Assembly (NCBI RefSeq): GCF_964204645.1
Contig: NC_134028.1
Location: 19,723,653-19,787,652, forward strand
Direction: 5' to 3'
DNA from: Tubulanus polymorphus
Lineage: Eukaryota > Animalia > Nemertea
DNA length: 64,000 nt
Shown here: piece by piece, positions 59,100 to 64,000 of the stretch
Layout: each line of letters begins with the position of its first letter
Numbering within the stretch: position 1 is the stretch's first letter
Notes under the pieces: model-generated
What the model was told of the DNA's origin: nothing
What the model saw: the letters and a program-made list of their open reading frames with translations, nothing else
Databases searched by the model: none
Position numbers and translations under genes: made by a program

Positions 59100-62000
59100 T
59101 CTAAATCCATTGATAATTTATATTGGATGAGCTTGAGTAAGTCGGTCTCTATTCATGCAGCTTATTGAGGATTTAGGCCTGAATGCGCGCACTAGTTTAT
59201 ACACGGCGGAAGAATATGTTTAACTGATTGACGTGTGTGCGCGTGTGCTCATATCTATACGCCAGTGGCAGCCAGTCACGTGACTCGGTGATTAGACGGT
59301 TATTTGAACAGATGCAAGAAAACAGCGCAAATTTAATAAACTTCTGTTTTTGATAAACGACTCGCGCGCGCGCGCGATGCGGATTCAATCACAGATTGAT
59401 AGAATTCATTACGACTTCAAACGCAAATGACTTTTATATTTGAAATCTAGTTTCTCTTTCGCAGATATCTGCAGCAATTTACTATCTACGATCACCGTGA
59501 GTTCAGGTGAATATCCATCAACGAAACAAAACCCAGCCCGGGAGTGCCACTGGGGCGCTTACCCTTAAGAAGGGCATACTAATGAGATGAAGGAATGACT
59601 ACATGGACCATGCACTAAGCAGTCACTAAACCATCGATATTGAAGCAAAGACATATTTCTAATGCCTGAATCATACAAAAACCACAATACTTTCTACAAC
59701 GTCGAACACGATTTAATCTGCTGAATCTGAGTTTTATTATGGGCCTTTCACGTAATAAGTTTCTTCAACTTCGACAGTCGTCCAAAGTCTTATTTTACAA
59801 TATTTTGTATAATTCACTCCTGCTGGGGTGGGCTAAACTTCCTATTGTAATTTAATTCGTGAATAAACATTATTATTATATCCAATGCTTATATATTCCA
59901 TAGCATTATGATGTACTGAAGACAACATGGCTGCATTAAAGGCACTTTGTATTCATATCTGAATTTCAATCAAAATATAAATTCAGTGTTCCATGTTTCA
60001 TCTGTAATATTCAACAAACCAGAAACAGATAAAACCAATTCCCTTTCTCCACAGAGCGGGATTCGTGATCAATTCAACCAGGAATTATTAAATAAATACC
60101 AGCGAATATGTTTTTCGATAATATCAAAACGTGATTCGAGATATCAAATAACAAGATGTGATAGAGATGAATAGATCATGCGCGTTGACATATTCGCGAC
60201 AGGCTTCGTTTTTGCGTGTAGAGTTAAATTAAATCGTGTATAAACTGATTGTGTATGACGAGCTTAACCAGCGGGGTACATTATTCATACACGTGATCAG
60301 ACTATACCATGCGCCCAAACGTGCCCAAACTGCCTAGCCACACGTATTCAAGCGCATACTCAGATTATCCAGACTTGCCCAGAGCCGTTGTACGTGCCAG
60401 ACTACTGCCTCAAGGCCGAGACTAACTACACTTCCCGCTACGCGTGCCCAGTGCCCAGAGACATGCCCATAGTGCCAACAAACATGCCAGACTTCCCCTT
60501 AGAAAGTTTGTAAATGTTTTACATGTAAACATAATAATTCATAAATGTTTTAACTGAAACAACATTCAGTTAGTTTATTCTAAATTACTTCAGTACGTAT
60601 TACTTTTTATTGGATTTTCCGCTATGATTTCACGTTTTCTCCATTTTTTCTGCATTGATCATTTAGTGAAAGAAAACAGTCTGGTGTCGGAAGACTGGGG
60701 CGAGGGAGGTTTCAATTTATTAGGTTTTCAATTACACAAGTGCGGAGCGACGGTGCGAATCTCAAATATCAGAGATATAAATAGACGCATAGAGAGGGAA
60801 TTCTTTGATAAACGTGAGACTACCTGAGTTTACTATTCCGGGACAGAGCTTTTTTTTTGTTCTTTGTTATAGTCAATGCGGATGGAAGACGTTGTGAGTA
60901 AGACGAACCTCCTCTTGCATCGTTGCTCGTTTCCGCAGAGAAATCTCAGATAAGCTGTGGACTAATAGTATTTTGATAAGTTCAGGGAGTTGGTTATCTC
61001 ATCAGAGACTGTCTGAAAGAATGCTGGTAAAGTCTTATGGTATGAAACGCGTATGTGTTGTGACAAGTAAATCCCCGGTTGACATCCTGGATCAATAACT
61101 ACTAATAACAGCGACACAGAATTGAATCATATACTCAACATACAAGACTTGTCAATATCCCCTGAAATATTGTAAACTTCGTTAGGAGAGATTTGGGCTG
61201 GAATTTTCTGAATAGTTTAGAGTTCAGATGGATTTATGTCGATCCCCGGTTGCGTCATCCCTCAGGGTTCAGTTTACGAGTGGTAACGCGAGATCTCGCG
61301 AGACTGCCAGACGATCGCTAATCGCAATATGTTACATACAGACAGTTTAGGAAAACACATATTGGTGCGGAATGAGTTCGTGAGAGGAATATTTTAGAAC
61401 TGACTCGGGGGAAAGATGAGTTGACATATATCCGAACAAACCTCAGGAGAATTCGAGGAACTTGAACTCTTCAGTCTCAGCGATACTCATCGTGTTGCAT
61501 TAGTTTTAGTAGTTTCTCACTCATAAAAATTAAAAATTACATCATCGTTAAGAACTATATCAGTGTCTTATTGAGAACCAGGAATTTCTGACAACTATTA
61601 AGGTATATATAGTTTAAGATTCGAATCTATAAAATTTGGGAAAGGAACTAATTCTAGTTGAGTTACTGTGTCCAGGGTTAACTCGAAAACTACGGCTCAC
61701 AACACTGTACAACTGAGTCCCGGATGTTATGACATTGACGTCGCCTATAAATATATCCGGAACCGCTGAAATCTAATGAAATATGGCGCAATTTGAAAGG
61801 CGACAAATTCATGAAAATCGAATTCATCCGCAAACCGGTCAACAGCAACCAATTGATTAATCCTGGACTAGGCGTTGTGGTCGATCTAAACTAATCAACG
61901 CAATACGATTAGCAATGTTTACTCGGGGACTAAATATTTACTACGGTAATAAACAAGTTCAATTTATTAACGCAGTGATTGATACCCGGTCACGACTCTG

Positions 62001-64000
62001 TCTCCGTTAATGACATATGTCGTTCTAAACAGAGCGCGAAACCGAGCCAAATTATGACCAGTTGTCAAACCTCGCTTCGGGCAAATATCTGATGAAGTTT
62101 GTAGAACGTGACTGGTCCTTGGAATACACCCCGGATATAATTATAGATGACACGGCCATATTGGATTCTATATTGGCCTAATAACCTCACGCGCCGTCAG
62201 GGCATAAACGTCAATTTTAGTTTACTTAGTAAATCTCAATCACTCAACTCATCCAATACAGAATATAGTTCCCCTCCCGCGTGCAGTAATCTCATGTAGC
62301 CATCTATTTTTACACCAAACAACTCACTCCGGCTGTAACGTAAAACTACGCGCAAAATTAATCCCGATAAAATTGAAATTCTCTATCGTTTTATTATCAC
62401 AAATAATCGTGAACAGCGGTCACGTGACACGCCACACCGGATTGTGTGACGTCAGCGAAATTAAATCACTGCGAGATAAAAATAAAAGCAGTGACAGATT
62501 GATTTTCGGATAAAATCAGATCGGGGAAGTTTATATCATATGAAATTAAAAGGAAATATTTTGATTTGTCTCGTATCGTTTTAGCGAACAGAACCCGCTA
62601 TCAAACGCGTTCTTAAAATCAACAAACTTCCAGCGAGCCGAATATAGATAGCCCGATGGGCTCGAATCCCAATATTTATAGAAAATATGAATTGGATCAA
62701 ATGCTCTCCTTTACATCAACAAACCGATTGGCTCGCATTCCATCACTTATCGTAAATATTGAACACTTTTTCTCTATTTTGTAACAACTTGTACACATAT
62801 CTAATTAGATATCACTACGGCGAGTGTTGTTCAAAGAGTTAAAGAGAATATCTGAGTTGGAAATATCCTAAAGCCTTCCAAACGATCAACATAAGTCACA
62901 ACCTATTTCTGTGGAGTTTTTTTGCTTTGTGCTTTCTGTTTGTCATCGACCGTCTGTTCCTTAGAAAAACATAAAGTTTCGTTTTATTTGAGAAGGCGGA
63001 ATTTATTAGTAAATGAAAAAGCTGTTCGCAAAATGTGGAAAAATAGAAAACCGGTTTTATGTGATGTTGAACGAACAGATTTGCGGCCATTAAGGCGCTG
63101 AAGCGTCGCCGAGAAAGAATGAATAAAACAGATTTTAAAAATCATGGTTTCTTTATCTGCGCGAAAATTCATCGCCTGCGACAATAAAATCTGGTGGTAC
63201 TTTATCATCCGAGGCAAATACCAGGGAAACAAAATACAGTCAGAGTGTTTTGTTTACGGTTGGATTTATACTTTGAATTATTCTGAGCTGTTTTTGGGCT
63301 CATCCGTCAACGGATAAACGAGTCGATTTTGTCAATTTTGATCAAACCGGTTTTTCGGGGTCGGTGTCAATATTTCAAACTCATATCTTTTACAAAAGTC
63401 ACTTCACTACAATAAACGATAAATATTCTCCATATTTTTCTGAATTCGGAATAACTTTTCAGGCTGTACACGCAGTTTATACCTGAAACCAGCGAGAACC
63501 TTCTTATAATATCGATCCAAGATTAAAACAAGAAGACTAACTGTTTTGTTGGACTTCAAACAGTGCAGTAAGCAAAACACCGCAGCGGCCGGAATAAAAT
63601 CGGTTGGGTCTAATACGAGCCCGATATGCGAGTGCGTTTCATCTGTAATTACAATCTAGTAAAGTTACTATTCAACTCTATACACTCTACCGTATGCGAC
63701 TGACACTGGCTACTTTATAATGGATTCGTTTTTGTCAGACGTTAGTTTCCCGTAGAGTGAACTCCCAGGAGGAGGCAGAAAGCAAGGCGATTCACATGCG
63801 GTGATTGTCACCGATATAACAAAGCGAAAACCGGTTCCTTTCACGAATCCGGTTGAAAGAAACATCGCTGGCGGAATTAGTGAATGCAGGGGTGTTATTA
63901 GAATCACGGCGAGCTGCTGGTCTCAACCGTCAGAGCGGGCGTGATTTAGACTGGACACAGGCTAATTACTACACATATCCATAAGGGGTTTCTCTTCCCA

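Overview
Intron-rich, AT-rich eukaryotic (invertebrate metazoan) genomic DNA, not prokaryotic. I assembled genes by hand from GT-AG boundaries. Minus strand: CLCN7/ClC-7 (runs off the window start), an intronless MRPS23 starting only 53 nt after the ERCC1 stop codon, ERCC1, two tandem intracellular serpins, and a PRDM8/ZNF488-like gene. Plus strand: CATSPER3 and paladin (PALD1). Introns and intergenic DNA hold many non-autonomous transposons: TAG..CTA elements with 9-bp TSDs, a CAC..GTG foldback with an 8-bp TSD, GGG-ended MITEs, Tc1/mariner relics, Helentron/HINE-like elements, tRNA-SINEs and satellites. Best leads: (1) a possible ERCC1-MRPS23 bicistronic unit; (2) a heavily base-paired ~900-nt non-coding region next to the ERCC1 promoter with a partial HDV-ribozyme-like segment; (3) two phase-incompatible ClC-7 N-terminal exons with different targeting signals; (4) a HINE family whose internal repeat carries near-consensus CTCF motifs; (5) a U12 intron in CLCN7. 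Gene and family names come from recognising motifs by eye; no database search or folding computation was run.
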